From the NCBI GenBank assembly GCA_964016885.1, contig OZ024743.1:183892001-183956000 (forward strand): a stretch of 64,000 nucleotides of DNA, in the 5' to 3' direction. Each line of letters begins with the position of its first letter. The first letter of the stretch is position 1. Positions 1 through 14,263 of this stretch are shown here, piece by piece. The notes beneath the pieces were generated by a model. That model was not told where the DNA came from, ran no database searches, and worked only from the letters and a program-made list of their open reading frames with translations. The position numbers were made by a program, and so were the translations under genes. This DNA is from Eledone cirrhosa. Its lineage: Eukaryota.

Positions 1-1131
1 TTTCAATGTTTGTATTTCTGTATGTAAGATGGCTATGAGTGTTGATTTCAGAAGTACGTTCCATATGTTGACGGCCAACTTCGTAATGAGTAACTTTTGG
101 CAAGTAGTGTAGAATTAAAGTGTGTGCGTGTTTTATGCACAGCGACAAATAGTCTCCATTTCATTTTATAACGCTGTTTATACAAGAACAAAAAAAAAAC
201 TTTTGCTTTAAATCATAGTGTATACTGGATTACATTATGCATTGTATCTGTTTCCTAAAATAGTACGATGTAGTTTGAAGGATATTTAGCTGCTGTGTTT
301 AGAAGATCAAGCGTCCGTTTAAAGGCTCTATAGCTGCTCTGTCTATAAAGTCTTTATCAGATTGTAGGAGACTATTGGTAGGTGAGACTAATCTGTCAAG
401 TAGTGACTGTTCTTCTAAAGGGAATATTTACTATAGTATACCATTTCTTGTTACTGATAGTTGCAATACTGGGGTCTAAGTACTTCCTCATTCTACCGGT
501 TTCAGTCGAGACCTCTGGTGTCCTGGCTTCCCGCACTGCTGATTTCCTCCGTAAAAATCGGAAATATAGTAGTCCGTTTGAGGACAGAGCCCCGTGGGGT
601 GGTGTGGTTGTTGCAACCTTTGCCATTTTGTCGGCGGGGCGTCACTGAGGCACCACTCAGACTGGGGTGTAGCATCTGCCGCTCCCTCCCACTACATTTC
701 TTTTGTTGCTTGATTATTTTATCTTTTTCTTATTTTCATTTCCATTTTGGCATACGTCAAAGCGGCCGGTCTCAAAAGTGAAACTAATTTTTGACAGTTA
801 CGTACACGTTATAAGAGTTATTTAAATTTATATATATAAAATAAAGGAGCAAATAAGAGCATGATATGAAGTCAGTCATGTGTGTGTGTATATATGTGTG
901 TAAACGAATGTAAAAGTACACACACATATACACTTATATATGCACACATACACACTATAATATATACACGTGTGTGTGTGTAAAATTCTAGGAAACCTTA
1001 TCTATGCCCTACATATATTCTTTTACATTCGTTTACACACACAGACACATGACTGACTTCATATCATGCTCTTATTTGCGCCTTTATTTTATATATATAA
1101 ATTTAAATAACTCTTATAACGTGTACGTAAC

Positions 1132-2927
1132 TGTAGCAGTAGCCTCCCTTGTTGTGACTCACAACCCCAATAGATTAACATCTAGACGGGAAGTAGAACC
1201 CTTTCTGTAACTTCCGGCAGAGCCCTATAAAACGAATAGCTTTCGGCTCTCTCCCTCTCATTTGCCCTTCCGGCGCCTGGCCTTCGCCAGGCGTCTTCTG
1301 CCAGCCGCGTTTGCCTGGCAATCAAAACGGTAACTACTAACTTTGCCTCATTCTTTCGTTTATTCATTGACATGTCAACTATACTGTTAAATTGTTGATT
1401 AAATATTATACACACCAACCATGTCTCCTTGTTACATTCATACAACCCAGTATCTTCGCTATATTGGTAACCCTGACGTGATACGAACACGCAGCCGTTC
1501 ATCGCTATAAGTGGTCACCCCCCCAAAAAGAAAAAAAATAGCAGAATCTGGTGTTGTGTGAGTAACATTACGAATACACAGCAAATTTATTGACAAACTA
1601 TGAAAATACTCAGTCAAAGAAACGAACACACCACTCACATGTGAAATTTTCGCACAGACAGACTTTTTCTCTCACGCATCAACTAACTGTCGCATTTCAC
1701 GATATATATATATGTTTCTCGTTTCTTACAACGAACACTTTCAAAACAAAAAAAGAGAAAAAAAAAAGAAATTTGATATTTTTAAACCTAACTTAACCTT
1801 GTATTGGCACGTGTAGGCAGCACATATTCTCGACTCACAGAGATATCTCTACTCACAGAGATAGCCGCACGCCAGAGATAACGTTTCTCGCCAAGGATTC
1901 TTCAGTCTTAAGCTATATTCTCCTATTTACCGGTTTAAAAATTTACCACGTAAATTTGCCGTTGAAAACTGCGCATTTATTCAGAATGCTTATTTCTTTG
2001 GTCGCTGGCCTCTTGACCCTTCCAGGTCAACGCATTCTCAACATCGACCATCAACTTCGGCTGTTATTTCTAGTACTTTGCGCAACTCATTTTTTGTGAA
2101 AAAATTTTTTTTACTGTGAATTTAAACACCGAATACGCTCACTCAGCGAGACAACAACATCAACAGCAACACAGCTTCACCAACAACCAAAACCAGCAGA
2201 ACAAGCCAGAGAATTAATTTTTGCAGCACTCTTCCTGTGAGAAAATCCATTCGGAGGTTGGAAATTTCACGATACACCACAGAACAGAAACCACCTGCAT
2301 TCATTCTCTGGAACACACTTTCTTTCCTGCTGTCATGTGATTGCACACCTGTGAACTATATTTTGTACATTTGAACTTTGAGCTCTTCTCTTACTTTATT
2401 ACATTGTATCTTTGGGTGATGGATAGATAGATGTCCAGTCGTTCTCTGGCCAAGAGCGGTTGGCTACCTTGATATCTATCATTGATTTTTGCAAACATTC
2501 TTTTGTCGTAATTTTCATGCCTGTTACAACATTCTCGCCAACTTGCTACATATTTCATTCGATTTTTATATTCTAAAATTCTGGCGGGAGGTTATGTAGC
2601 AGTAGCCTCCCTTGTTGTGACTCACAACCCCAATAGATTAACATCTAGACGGGAAGTAGAACCCTTTCTGTAACTTTCGGCAGAGCCCTATAAAACGAAT
2701 AGCTTTCGGCTCTCTCCCTCTCATTTGCCCTTCCGGCGCCTGGCCTTCGCCAGGCGTCTTCTGCCAGCCGCGTTTGCCTGGCAATCAAAACGGTAACTAC
2801 TAACTTTGCTTCATTCTTTCGTTTATTCATTGACATGTCAACTATACTGTTAAATTGTTGATTAAATATTATACACACCAACCATGTCTCCTTGTTACAT
2901 TCATACACTGCCAGTATCTACGCTATA
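1132..2927 (+). mobile_element. Non-autonomous LTR retroelement (TRIM/LARD-like), copy A
   Basis: Near-identical direct repeats 1132-1463 and 2595-2927 (TGTAGC...CGCTATA); 4-bp TSD TAAC at 1128-1131 and 2928-2931; PBS after the 5' LTR; purine tract GGCGGGAGG before the 3' LTR; no gag/pol ORF inside. Confidence 0.9.
1465..1482 (+). promoter_or_regulatory. Primer binding site, tRNA-Trp type
   Basis: TGGTAACCCTGACGTGAT starts 1 nt after the LTR; 2 mismatches to the canonical tRNA-Trp PBS TGGTGACCCCGACGTGAT. Confidence 0.8.
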
Positions 2928-3722
2928 TAACTGTCAAAAATTAGTTTCACTTTTGAGACAGGCCGTTTTGACGTATGCCTCCATTTTTTTTGTTCCCTTT
3001 AATAGTGTGTTTGCTTTTGTATAAACAACTTTGTAAAATAAAATATTCCTTCTAGTATACACTTGTATGCACACATGCTCAAACACACGCATACGATACT
3101 ATAACAGCTATTTTGACAAACAATGTAGTTGCTTGTTAGGTCCTTTCTCAGTCTGGCCTTGAACTTTCTTTTTGCTTGACTATCTACATCTGCCAAATTG
3201 TTGTCGTGTTTAACACAATATTTCGTTTACTTACTAGATTATATTATACAGCAACATCTGATCAATAAAAACACAACAAATATGGCACTTATATAAAGAA
3301 GCATTTCTATATTTTATCAAAAGCATTTAACTGGAGATGTGATGTTTAATATTATAAAGATATGTGTGGACTCATATGCAATAAGTTTACGCATAATAGT
3401 TTCGAGTGAGTTCAGTCGGCCAGGCGCACCGAAAACGATAAGTTGTAATAAAATGAAAACGAAATTTCATTTCTCACTCTTAGTACGGCACTTACTTAAA
3501 TGTAAGTATGTATGTATACGTACATACATATATGTATACAGACGTACAGTAGCATGCATATATATATATATATATATACACATATATATACATACAGGTA
3601 CACATACATATATGTACGTATCAGTTTAGCGGGCGCTTATTATAACGCCCGCTTTGTCCGTTTGTAAGCAAAGCGCCCGCTAAACTGATACGTACATATA
3701 TGTATGTGTACCTGTATGTATA

Positions 3723-3790
<68 letters not shown>

Positions 3791-4026
3791 TGCTACTGTA
3801 CGTCTGTATACATATATGTATATACGTATACATACATACTTACATTTAAGTAAGTGCCGTACTAAGAGTGAGAAATGAAATTTCGTTTTCATTTTATTAC
3901 AACTTATCGTTTTCGGTGCGCCTGGCCGACTGAACTCACTCGATATGCAAATTAGGCTGCTCAGCCGTTAATTTTCATAAGGAAAGTATATACTTTCGAA
4001 CGTTCAACCATCTGGCAGAAGTGTAT

Positions 4027-4069
4027 ACGGTGCTGATGATAGCTAACAAGCTTGAAACTAGTACATCGT
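4027..4069 (+). ncRNA. Type I minimal hammerhead ribozyme
   Basis: acggtg-CTGATGA-t-agct-aaca-agct-t-GAAA-ctag-TA-catcgt: intact core, stems I and II, palindromic stem III. Confidence 0.85.
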
Positions 4070-4227
4070 TCCTGTGTCAGTGTTGCACAAAAAGGTGACG
4101 TGGTTGCCTTAACACCGTACGGCATAAATTCAGGCTGTCAGTTTGTTTACAAACGGACAAAGCGGGCGTTATAATAAGCGCCCGCTAAACTGATACCTAC
4201 ATATATGTATGTGTACCTGTATGTATA

Positions 4228-4334
<107 letters not shown>

Positions 4335-4498
4335 ATGCATGCTACTGTACGTCTGTATACATATATGTATGTACGTATACATACATACTTACATTTAAGT
4401 AAGTGCCGTACTAAGAGTGAGAAATGAAATTTCGTTTTCATTTTATTACAACTTATATATATACTGATATCCATAAACACTCATATATATATATATAC

Positions 4499-4551
<53 letters not shown>

Positions 4552-4568
4552 CAGATATATATATATAT

Positions 4569-4737
<169 letters not shown>

Positions 4738-4810
4738 CTATGGAATACTGTTGGCTTTTTGCTACAATGTTTTCTATACCTTTCATTTATATATATATAT
4801 ACATATATAT

Positions 4811-4886
<76 letters not shown>

Positions 4887-5095
4887 TATATATACATATA
4901 TATATATATATATAGAATAGAATGAAACGAAATTTCATTTCTCACTCTTAGTACGGCACTTACTTAAATGTAAGTATGTATGTATACGTACATACACATA
5001 TGTATACAGACGTACAGTATTATGGCTGCTCAGCCGTTAATATGCATAAGGAAAGTATATACTTTCAGACGTTCAACCATCTGGCAGGAAGGTAT

Positions 5096-5138
5096 ACGAT
5101 GCTGACGATAGCTAATAAGCTTGAAACTAGTACATTGT
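5096..5138 (+). ncRNA. Type I minimal hammerhead ribozyme (paralog of 4027-4069)
   Basis: acgatg-CTGACGA-tagctaataagctt-GAAA-ctag-TA-cattgt; stem I pairing retained despite substitutions. Confidence 0.85.
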
Positions 5139-5242
5139 TCCTGTGTCAGTGTTGAACAAAAACGTGACGTGGTTGCCTAAACACTGTACGGCGTAATTCA
5201 GGCTGTTTGTTTGTTTACAAACAGCCCGAATTACGCCGTACT

Positions 5243-5318
<76 letters not shown>

Positions 5319-5408
5319 GGTTATATTTAATTTGTTGGGATACAACAAGCAAAATATTTTTATAACTGATATAAAGCACTCAACAAATTATTGGAGTAAA
5401 TATACAAT

Positions 5409-5755
5409 ATATTAACAAATGGAAACTATATTTATAAAACCATATTTATTTCATTATACATATTTCAAGGGCCACCAAGGCAGATTATGGTGCGCTTTCA
5501 TCAGATAAAATATAATATAGATTAGTTTTATAAATAAATATTGACATACCCTGAAAAAATGCTACCTTCACGGTTGGAGTCTCCTGGATACCGTGAAGGT
5601 AGCATTTTTTCAGGGTATGTCAATATTTATTTATAAAACTAATCTATATTATATTTTATCTGATGAAAGCGCACCATAATCTTCCTTGGTGGCCCTTGAA
5701 ATATGTATAATGAAATAAATATGGTTTTATAAATATAGTTTCCATTTGTTAATAT
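5409..5755. repeat. Near-perfect 166-bp-arm inverted repeat (Penelope LTR fold-back)
   Basis: 5409-5574 pairs with 5590-5755 with a 15-nt spacer and about one mismatch; flanked by (TA)n. Confidence 0.9.
5653..5716 (+). ncRNA. Type I hammerhead ribozyme (mirror copy on - strand at 5448-5511)
   Basis: attttat-CTGATGA-aag...ctt-GAAA-tatgta-TA-atgaaat. Confidence 0.75.
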
Positions 5756-5761
5756 TAATAT

Positions 5762-5799
<38 letters not shown>

Positions 5800-6761
5800 T
5801 TGGTTATATGTCCAAACAACCTTCTCTCTCTTTCCTTCTATCCGAATAAGAATCATTTTTATTTCGCATGCATATATAAATGTGGATGTGTATATCCGGT
5901 TGCTTGTTTATAGGTATGTATAGATATGGCCGAGGTCCATATTTAACGAAAGGTATAAATACAAATTTAGAATGTTTATATGGTAATATGTATAGAATAG
6001 ATATGTTGGTTATTTAGTTGTTATGATAATAACAATGTTGTTAGAAGAGATAACATGAATATAATAAAGGATATAAGAATATATGATTTGGTCATATATA
6101 GTTTACTTCACGTGAATCATTAAAGGTACAATAAACAAGTTACAAAGATTGACAATATTACTTTGTTGTTGATGTGTAGGCTGTTGAAGTCTGTTGTTGT
6201 TGGTGTTAAAACAGCGAGTTACAGATAATTGTTGTTGTTGGAATTCGTGATAATAGTTGTTAGACCGTGTTAATTAGAGAGTATGGTATGTATAGCTCTG
6301 AAAGGTCTGAGAACTGAGAAATACCGTGAACTGCATACAGCGGTGTGGTCTGTAGTAACAGAGGTTCCAATCTCTGTGTGTATCTGTAGACTTCATGGGG
6401 TCTGTTGGTAGACAGTAATCCTTACATAGTTGTATATCCTATCGCTTCGATGTCCCTGTACATGGAATGGCTTGTACATGGTCTGTATATAGCTGTCACT
6501 TCCTGTCCCCCAACCTGAACTTGTTAACACAATAAATGTGGTGACCTAAAATTTAACCTTTAGGTATCACCCAAAGTTCAAGGCGCGGACAGATTTCGAT
6601 ACACATATACTTAAGTCGAGTACTATTCTACTGGCTAGCTTCTTCAGTTAACGTATTTTATCATAGTCTTGTGTTGACTCAAACTTTATAAGTGAAATTG
6701 TGCTGACGGTAACTGTGCAGAAGCCCATCAGATGATGTCTCTAAATTCACCGTGCCAACAT

Positions 6762-6956
6762 CAGACCTGTCAAATATTCCCGTCGGACAGAGAGATCTCC
6801 CACCCACTTTGGAGTGGGTGAGAGATGTCTTCTCTTGTGAAAATGGGTATAGCTTTCATCATGTAAAAACTCCCCATTTTACATCATTTCTCCCCGTTTT
6901 GGGGCCCTTTTTTTCATGGTACTCCCCGTTTGGGTTTTTAGAGGTTGGCAGGTCTG
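6762..6956. mobile_element. Possible MITE with short TIRs
   Basis: CAGACCTGTCAA at the left end and TTGGCAGGTCTG at the right end; no clean TSD. Confidence 0.4.
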
Positions 6957-8212
6957 CAATTTTATCGGGCATGTGTCTGTTTAACACTCAGCCTCTTACC
7001 CTATAAATCAATGATCTAACAATTTAAATACACATCATTGCCACATGTAATTACTTAACATACATGTATATATGGACCCTAACTCCTGATGGAGTCGTAG
7101 GTTCACCGTAGCGATATACAACGTGTCTGAGGCCTTTTAAACCTCCATAATTGAAGCTGAATACATCCGATTTCTTTCAAAGAAGGACACAGAGAGATAG
7201 AGAAGATGATATATAGAAGAAGAAACGACATTAGTATTCATCGCCGAAAGTTGATCTCGTCGGCATTTGAACTGAGAGAGTGCTGAGAGACGAAATGAAT
7301 ACCACAAAACGTTCTATATGACGTTCTGACGACTCTGCCATTTCACCGCATTTTTACATACATACATACGTGGTGGCTGCCAACTCGTTTTCGAGTATGG
7401 ACACTACTTTATATCCATGTAGGAGAACTCTTACCGATGCGCTGAACGAGTGTGACTTTTTAGTCCCGCCAGCGACTTGAAAACTCTGGTACAAACACTA
7501 CACTTGTGACAATTATTGACACATAGTGCTGGGCCCATGGTACCATGTGACGACAAGTGCAGAGAGATCTCCAGATATAAAGCAATGTCTGTGTTGTGAA
7601 GCTTTTATAGTGAGCCAAGGCACTGCACAAAGCCAGTCCCACTCTCTTAACCAAGATGATATTTACCAAAAAGAAGAACAAGTCAACATCATTGGATACT
7701 ATCAGGGTTGCAGGTGTTATATCAGAGTTTCCCTTCTCCTAGAATTGTGCCTTGACAAAGGCTAAGGGGTCATCTCTCCCGGTGATTTTGGATGGCCATT
7801 GACTCTTAAGAGCTCCTTTGCCCTTTGACAGGTTTTGTTTTTAGTCCTGCAGGATGTCCAAAGTCACCCTCCTCACCAAGAAACCTTGGTGGGGTTGCCA
7901 GTTTAGTCGCCAACGACCCGACCATGAGACAGGTTGTACTGGGATACATGTTACCAGTAGCACCAACTGGTGACCTGACACATACATACGTACGTACGTA
8001 CGTGCGTGCATGCACGCACGCACATACGTACATTCGTACATACGTGTACATACGTATGTACGTATGTCGGAAGTAAATCTCCGTGATTACACACATACTA
8101 CCATGTACAGAGATGTACATAGAGATAGCCGAGTCGTCAAATATATCTATGATCGTACACCACGTCGGATTAACTAGAATTTACAGATACAGATAAAGTA
8201 GTTCAGTCATAT

Positions 8213-8338
<126 letters not shown>

Positions 8339-8766
8339 ATGTTTGTATGTATGTATGTATATGTTATATACTGTAATAACCCGCTCGACGCTTTAGATAC
8401 GATCCTAAAAATGCAGTGATAAGCTAAACATCGCTCCGTAGAGTCATTAAAACACATGAATAGAGATGAGAGTTTGATATGGTATTTTTAACGCTGATAC
8501 GAAAATAAATAAAAGTGGCAGTTTAGACATTGCCAAACGACTGAAATATCCAAAGACTCACTCTCGCGCCCTCCACACTTAAAATAACTTTATATACACT
8601 AATGTGATAATCCTTATTCTGATTTAAACTGAAGGTTCTCGTAAAAGTTTGATAAATAGAGAAGAATCGACTCCAGTACTTAACTGGAACTTTTTTATAG
8701 ACTTCAAAAGGATATATATATATATATTCCGTTTCTGAATTTGGCAACATGACCCTCCCAACGTAT

Positions 8767-8818
<52 letters not shown>

Positions 8819-8850
8819 AGATCAAAAGATGGTTAAAGGAGTTCCATGTA

Positions 8851-8917
8851 TTTTATTATGCGCATTTCAAAAACAAACATCATCATGCAATAATATTTGT
8901 GTTTTCATCAGATAAAA
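8851..8917 (-). ncRNA. Type I hammerhead ribozyme inside a 40-bp inverted repeat (8811-8850/8950-8989)
   Basis: Minus strand: ttttat-CTGATGA-aaacac...gtttt-GAAA-tgcgca-TA-ataaaa. Confidence 0.8.
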
Positions 8918-9072
8918 CAGGAGAACATGATATGAAGGCTAAAAAACACTACATGGAACTCCTTTAACCATCTTTTGATCTTATATTATGCATACTCCAG
9001 TCCTACAAACTGTAGAGTGCTTCTTATCCGATATCTGCATTGCTTTATTGTACTACAATAAAACTCACCTCC

Positions 9073-9134
<62 letters not shown>

Positions 9135-9410
9135 AAAACCATGGGGAGAAGAATACTGCATGGTTGCACATGGATTACATATGATAAAATTAGTCCCTCA
9201 TCAGTGATTTGCCAACGATCATTAGTATTTCATCGCATTAAAAATCATATTGTTATACTTTGGGAGGGTCATGTTGCCAATAAGAAACACACGCACCAGA
9301 TGCTTTCACTTCAATTTATTATAATAAATTTATAAATAAATTTAGGAATTTATAAATTTCCAGTTGGTTGGTTGGTTCCACAACCAGATGATTGTTTATA
9401 TATTGTCAAA

Positions 9411-10415
9411 AACACCATGGAAAGCATCCAGCAAATAGCTACCTCCATCCACCAGAATATTAGAGTTACTATAGACTCCCCAAGAAAACACCCCAACCAT
9501 CGATTACCTGTACTAGACACAGAGCTCTGGTTAGATACCATTAATAACAAAAAACAAATCCTCCATTCCCATTATGCCAAACCCATGACTTCCAAATATC
9601 TGATCCACCGGAACTCAGCTGTTTCGGACTATACCAAAATCAACATACTGATTGCGGATTTGGTACGGGTGATGAGAAACGTGTCCCGCATTTGCAACCC
9701 CAAAGAACTAGAGAGACACATACAACACTTCATCCACCGTATGCAGTTCTCTGGTTACAACCAGAGAGATAAAATCAGAATATATAGAGGAGCCAGAACC
9801 AAATGGGAAAAAATGGTAAATAATGACACAAATGGGACCTGCCCCTTGTATAGGAGCAAATTTTGGAATAGAATAGAAAGAACTAGGAATAAGGTTAATA
9901 GAATAAACTCACGTTATGATAGCAATAAATACCAGAGTGTAATGTTCATCGATACAACCCCTAGAGGTGAATTAGCTTACAAATTTAGAAGGGCCCTAGA
10001 TAAACATAAACTCAATATTAAGATAGTAGAAAGACCAGGTACCTCCATAAAAACACTTATTAGCAATACATACCCTTTTCAAAGACCTCCATGTATAGAT
10101 AAGAAATGTATAATCTGTAAATTAAGCCCCCATATTAACTGTAAAACTAGAAATGTAGTATATAGCATAAGATGTACTGAAGGACAATGTAGAGATAAGA
10201 ATATAGTGTACATAGGTGAGACAGCTCGTAGTATAGGGGAACGGATAAATGAACACTGGCGAGATCTTCAAGATAGTAAAGAATCACCTGTACTCTACCA
10301 ACATGCTAAAATAGAACATAAGGGTAAATTAGAGAACATAAAAATAAAAATAGAATCTACACACAGAAAAGACGCAATGTTTAGACAAATCACAGAGGCA
10401 ACCAAAATTAAATAG
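9411..10415 (+). pseudogene. Penelope RT C-terminus plus GIY-YIG endonuclease (truncated, frameshifted at the 3' end)
   Basis: LPVLD motif, Cys-rich linker, NVVYSIRC...VYIGETARSIGERINEH. Confidence 0.9.
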
Positions 10416-10654
10416 AAAACATGAATGGAACAGCAACATCACAACTTACAATTAAGGACAAAATGAAAACACACACGCACATAGAACAAACAACCAACCA
10501 GTAACATGTAAATAAACAAATAAATAAACAAATATAAACACACACAGACACCCGGATGTAACACATGCGCAAACTAAGCACACAACACACACAAAAACAA
10601 GATGGCGTAGGACAGAACAAAGGAGAGGCACAAAAACAAAGAAAAGAATCCCCA

Positions 10655-10697
10655 GTCACTGAAGAGGTCACAGAATGTGTGACGAAAGAACTTTGAC
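10655..10697 (+). ncRNA. Type I minimal hammerhead ribozyme in Penelope LTR
   Basis: gtca-CTGAAGA-g-gtcaca-gaatg-tgtgac-GAAA-g-aa-c-TT-tgac. Confidence 0.8.
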
Positions 10698-10974
10698 AAT
10701 ATATAAACAATCATCTGGTTGTGGAACCAACCAACCAACCGGAAATTTATAAATTCCTAAATTTATAAATTTATTATAATAAATTGAAGTGAAAGCAACT
10801 GGTGCATGTGTTTCTTATTGGCAACATGACCCTCCCAAAGTATAACAATATCGGTTTCAACACACGTTTTCAGATAAAGAATCTTGCTAAACAAATTCAG
10901 AAACGAAATATATATATATATATATATAATTATGTAATAAACAACATAAGACAATTATTCCATTTACCATCATC

Positions 10975-13420
10975 GTGATGACTGTCTTCTGCTTTCCACT
11001 AACCTTAGCCTATCAGAAATTGAAAAAAATAAAAAAACTTATTAGAACTTTCCTCAAAGACTATTATAGTCTCACTATTACATTTGAAAACACCAGTAAA
11101 GTAGTTAATTTCCTTGATATAACTTTAGACTTATCTACGGGTATCTACCAACCTTACCATAAACCTAACCAAAACTTACATTACATACACTCACAATCTA
11201 ATCACCCTAAATCTATCCTTAAAAACCTGGCATATAATATTTCACTCAGAATTTCTAACCTTTCGTCTAACCAGGATATATTCGATAAAAATGCGACCTT
11301 TTATAACGAAGCTTTAGCTAGAAGCGGCCACAAAAACAAATTAGTCTATATACCTTGTACCAATAATACTACAAACATACAACCCAATATTACCAACAAA
11401 CACCAAATGAAAAATACACACCTAAATGTCACTCACACTATATCCAAAAATACCAACTTAAAACTTAATTTCTCTACCTATTCTCAGATACAATATAATA
11501 ACTTTCAAAAAAACCATTCATCCTAATACTCCAATATATGTTAATAACATTACTAACAAAATTCCTAATAATCAGACTAAAACACCTAAATCAGTGAATC
11601 TAACTAAACATATGTATAATAAATTCACTAATACTAACTCTCTTAGTAAACATCAGGATACATCGTATAAAAATAAAAATCAGCATCGAAACCGTAATAG
11701 ACGAGTTACTTGGTATAATGCTCCATTTAATCTACAAATTAAAGATAATATCCCTAAACATTTTTTTACTATCCTAGAGAAAAACTTCCCGCCAAACCAT
11801 AAATACCATCAAATTTTAAATAGATCAACGGTCAAATTTTCCTACTCCACTACCAAAAATATACAACAAAATATAAGTGCCTACAATGCATATTGTAAAA
11901 AAATGTAAAAAAAAAACATGAATACATCAAACTAACCATAATACTAAAATAAACCGCAGCAAACCACCAACACATCAAACTAACCATAATACTAAAATAA
12001 ACCGCAGCAAACCACCATCTCCTTCACATACAACAAGTCGAGTAAATTCCACACCTAATTTGACTAACTCCCCTGATATAATATTCACGAATGATTGTAA
12101 CTGTAGAAACAAAGCAAATTGCCCATTAAAAGGAAATTGCCTTATTAATAATATAGTATATAAATGTAAAATTAGCACTAAGGACTCAACTTATTCATAT
12201 ATAGGAGCTACTTCTAAGTAAGATTTAATACCCACAAACACAGTTTGCATTTGCTAATACAACATCCTTGGCTGAAATAATTAATAATTATAGAAAAGAG
12301 AATATCGATTATAACCTGACCTGGAGTGTGCTCAAAAGAGCCACCCCTTATCAAAATAACAGATATGAGTGTAGATTATGTTCCCAGGAACTTTTTGAAA
12401 TAATGAAATCTAAGGATATCCTATTAAATAAGCGACAAGAATTAATTATATCGTGCAATCATAGAATTAGAAGAACTTTCAAATATTATAAACCTAATTA
12501 ATATACACTTTTATTTTACAAATTATTATAATTGTTTTTTTTAAGTTTAGTTAACCTATAATTAGTATTTTACTACTGAGAACTTCATAATTTTATTTTC
12601 CTTTTACAGCTATCTTTTCCTAAAATTAATACCTATAAGTATACATATAAACTATTTTAATTTCCTGTTATGAATCTAAATTCCTTGTAGTCTATATAAG
12701 TTTATTATTTCTCACTAATACATTTATCCCCCCCCCCCAAAAAAAAAATAATTTTTCCTTCGTTTTTAACAACATTCTTTAATAACATCTAACTCTTATT
12801 TATTACATCTATATGAATTAATATAAATTTATCCCTATAAGTATACCTATCAATTAAATTAATTTAATTTCTTTTATAGATCTAAATTCCTTATGTTTTT
12901 AATAAGATTGGTATTTCTCACTAACACATTTATCCTAAAATTTTATTATCCTTCAATTTTAACATTAGCATTATTCTTTAATAACATCAAATTTTCGTGT
13001 ACCTTTCACCGGCTTGACCTCTTTTCATCCCCAAAGTAATCTTTTCATTCAAAGTATTATTTCCATTCAAAACTGAAGTCTGCATTCCTCTACCCCTAAA
13101 TTAAATTTCTACTACTACTATTCTATCAACTTGACCACTTACTACTCTTCTATTGGTCAATTCAAAACCTGTTCCCAAACAGACCTATTATATTAAATCT
13201 TTGTTTTTTCAATAAACAAATATCATTATTTCTGAAGACAGCATATATATGTGTAGGTATGTATATTCCCTCTGATAGTTTGTAAAATTTTTACATAGAT
13301 CTATATGAAATACATACCAACACACACACATATATATCCTAGAAACGATCGTAAAATGATGAATTTTTTAATATAAGGAACTGTTTCTTTGTTTTTATTC
13401 ATTGCTTTTATTAATTTATA
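10975..13420 (+). mobile_element. Second Penelope-like family: degenerate RT-GIY-YIG ORF (10975-12501) plus 3' LTR
   Basis: VNFLDITLDL..YQPYHKPN, RVTWYNAPF, CNC..CPLKGNC, CRLCSQE motifs split by stops and frameshifts; ends in (TA)n. Confidence 0.85.
13222..13360 (+). ncRNA. Type I hammerhead with extended stem II in Penelope LTR
   Basis: atcattattt-CTGAAGA-(~100 nt)-GAAA-cgatcg-TA-aaatgat. Confidence 0.65.
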
Positions 13421-13446
13421 TATATATATATATACCCATGTTTTAT

Positions 13447-13524
13447 ATTGCCTCGTCCGACGAACGAATGAAGACGTTTCTTTCGTATTCGCCTCATTCG
13501 GGAAACCTCTGGTAATGAGGTAAT
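13447..13524 (+). ncRNA. Type I hammerhead, core variant CCGACGA
   Basis: attgcctcgt-CCGACGA-a-cgaatga...tcattcg-g-GAAA-cc-tct-gg-TA-atgaggtaat; 10-bp stem I. Confidence 0.7.
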
Positions 13525-13624
13525 TATATTGTATTGATTTTTATACATTAAATTTTGCTCTGGTACTTACATAGAGCACTCTTCACTTCTATGACCTTTT
13601 CTGTTTTCAACGGAAATTTCAATA

Positions 13625-13680
<56 letters not shown>

Positions 13681-13728
13681 TGAAAAATGGCGTGCTGCGT
13701 TGTTGCGAATATGAATATATGAATAAAA

Positions 13729-14199
13729 ATAGACCGAGAAACAGGAATGTCCATCATCAGTTGTCTGCTGATTATCATTGGTATTTCTTCGCATTAAAGA
13801 CTAAATACCTAAAATCAGTGCGAGCGATAACTAAATTAAGTTATCGGGACAGAGGAAAATAGAGGAAAGGAAACAAACAGCATGGTAGTAATGCAACGTA
13901 AAGAGAGGAAAAGAGAGACAAGTCATCCTCTCTCACTTTTCTCGTGGCTCGGATGTGTCTGTTTCTTCTCGTCATTTGATTTGTCGGACTTAAGCCCACA
14001 AGATTCATTGACTTGTCTCTCTTTTCCTCTCTTTACGTTGCATTACTACCATGTTGTTTGTTTCCTTTCCTCTGTTTTCCTCTGTCCCGATAAATTAATT
14101 TAGTTATCGCTCGCACTGATTTTAGGTATTTAGTCTTTAATGCGAAGAAATACCAATGATAATCAGCAGACAACTGATGATGGACATTCTTGTTTCTCG

Positions 14200-14205
<6 letters not shown>
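13729..14205. repeat. ~195-bp-arm inverted repeat between (TA)n tracts (Penelope-type fold-back)
   Basis: 13729-13925 is the reverse complement of 14009-14205 with few mismatches. Confidence 0.9.

Positions 14206-14263
<58 letters not shown>

Larger units (their letters stand above)
749..2979. repeat. Fold-back (inverted repeat) remnant whose right arm is split by LTR element A
   Basis: 749-~920 is the reverse complement of ~1015-1131 joined to 2932-2979 once the LTR element is removed. Confidence 0.8.
9248..10850 (+). mobile_element. 5'-truncated Penelope-like element with inverted terminal LTR fragment
   Basis: RT thumb/linker plus GIY-YIG ORF; 9248-9410 is the inverse of 10692-10850; hammerhead in the 3' LTR. 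Confidence 0.9.
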
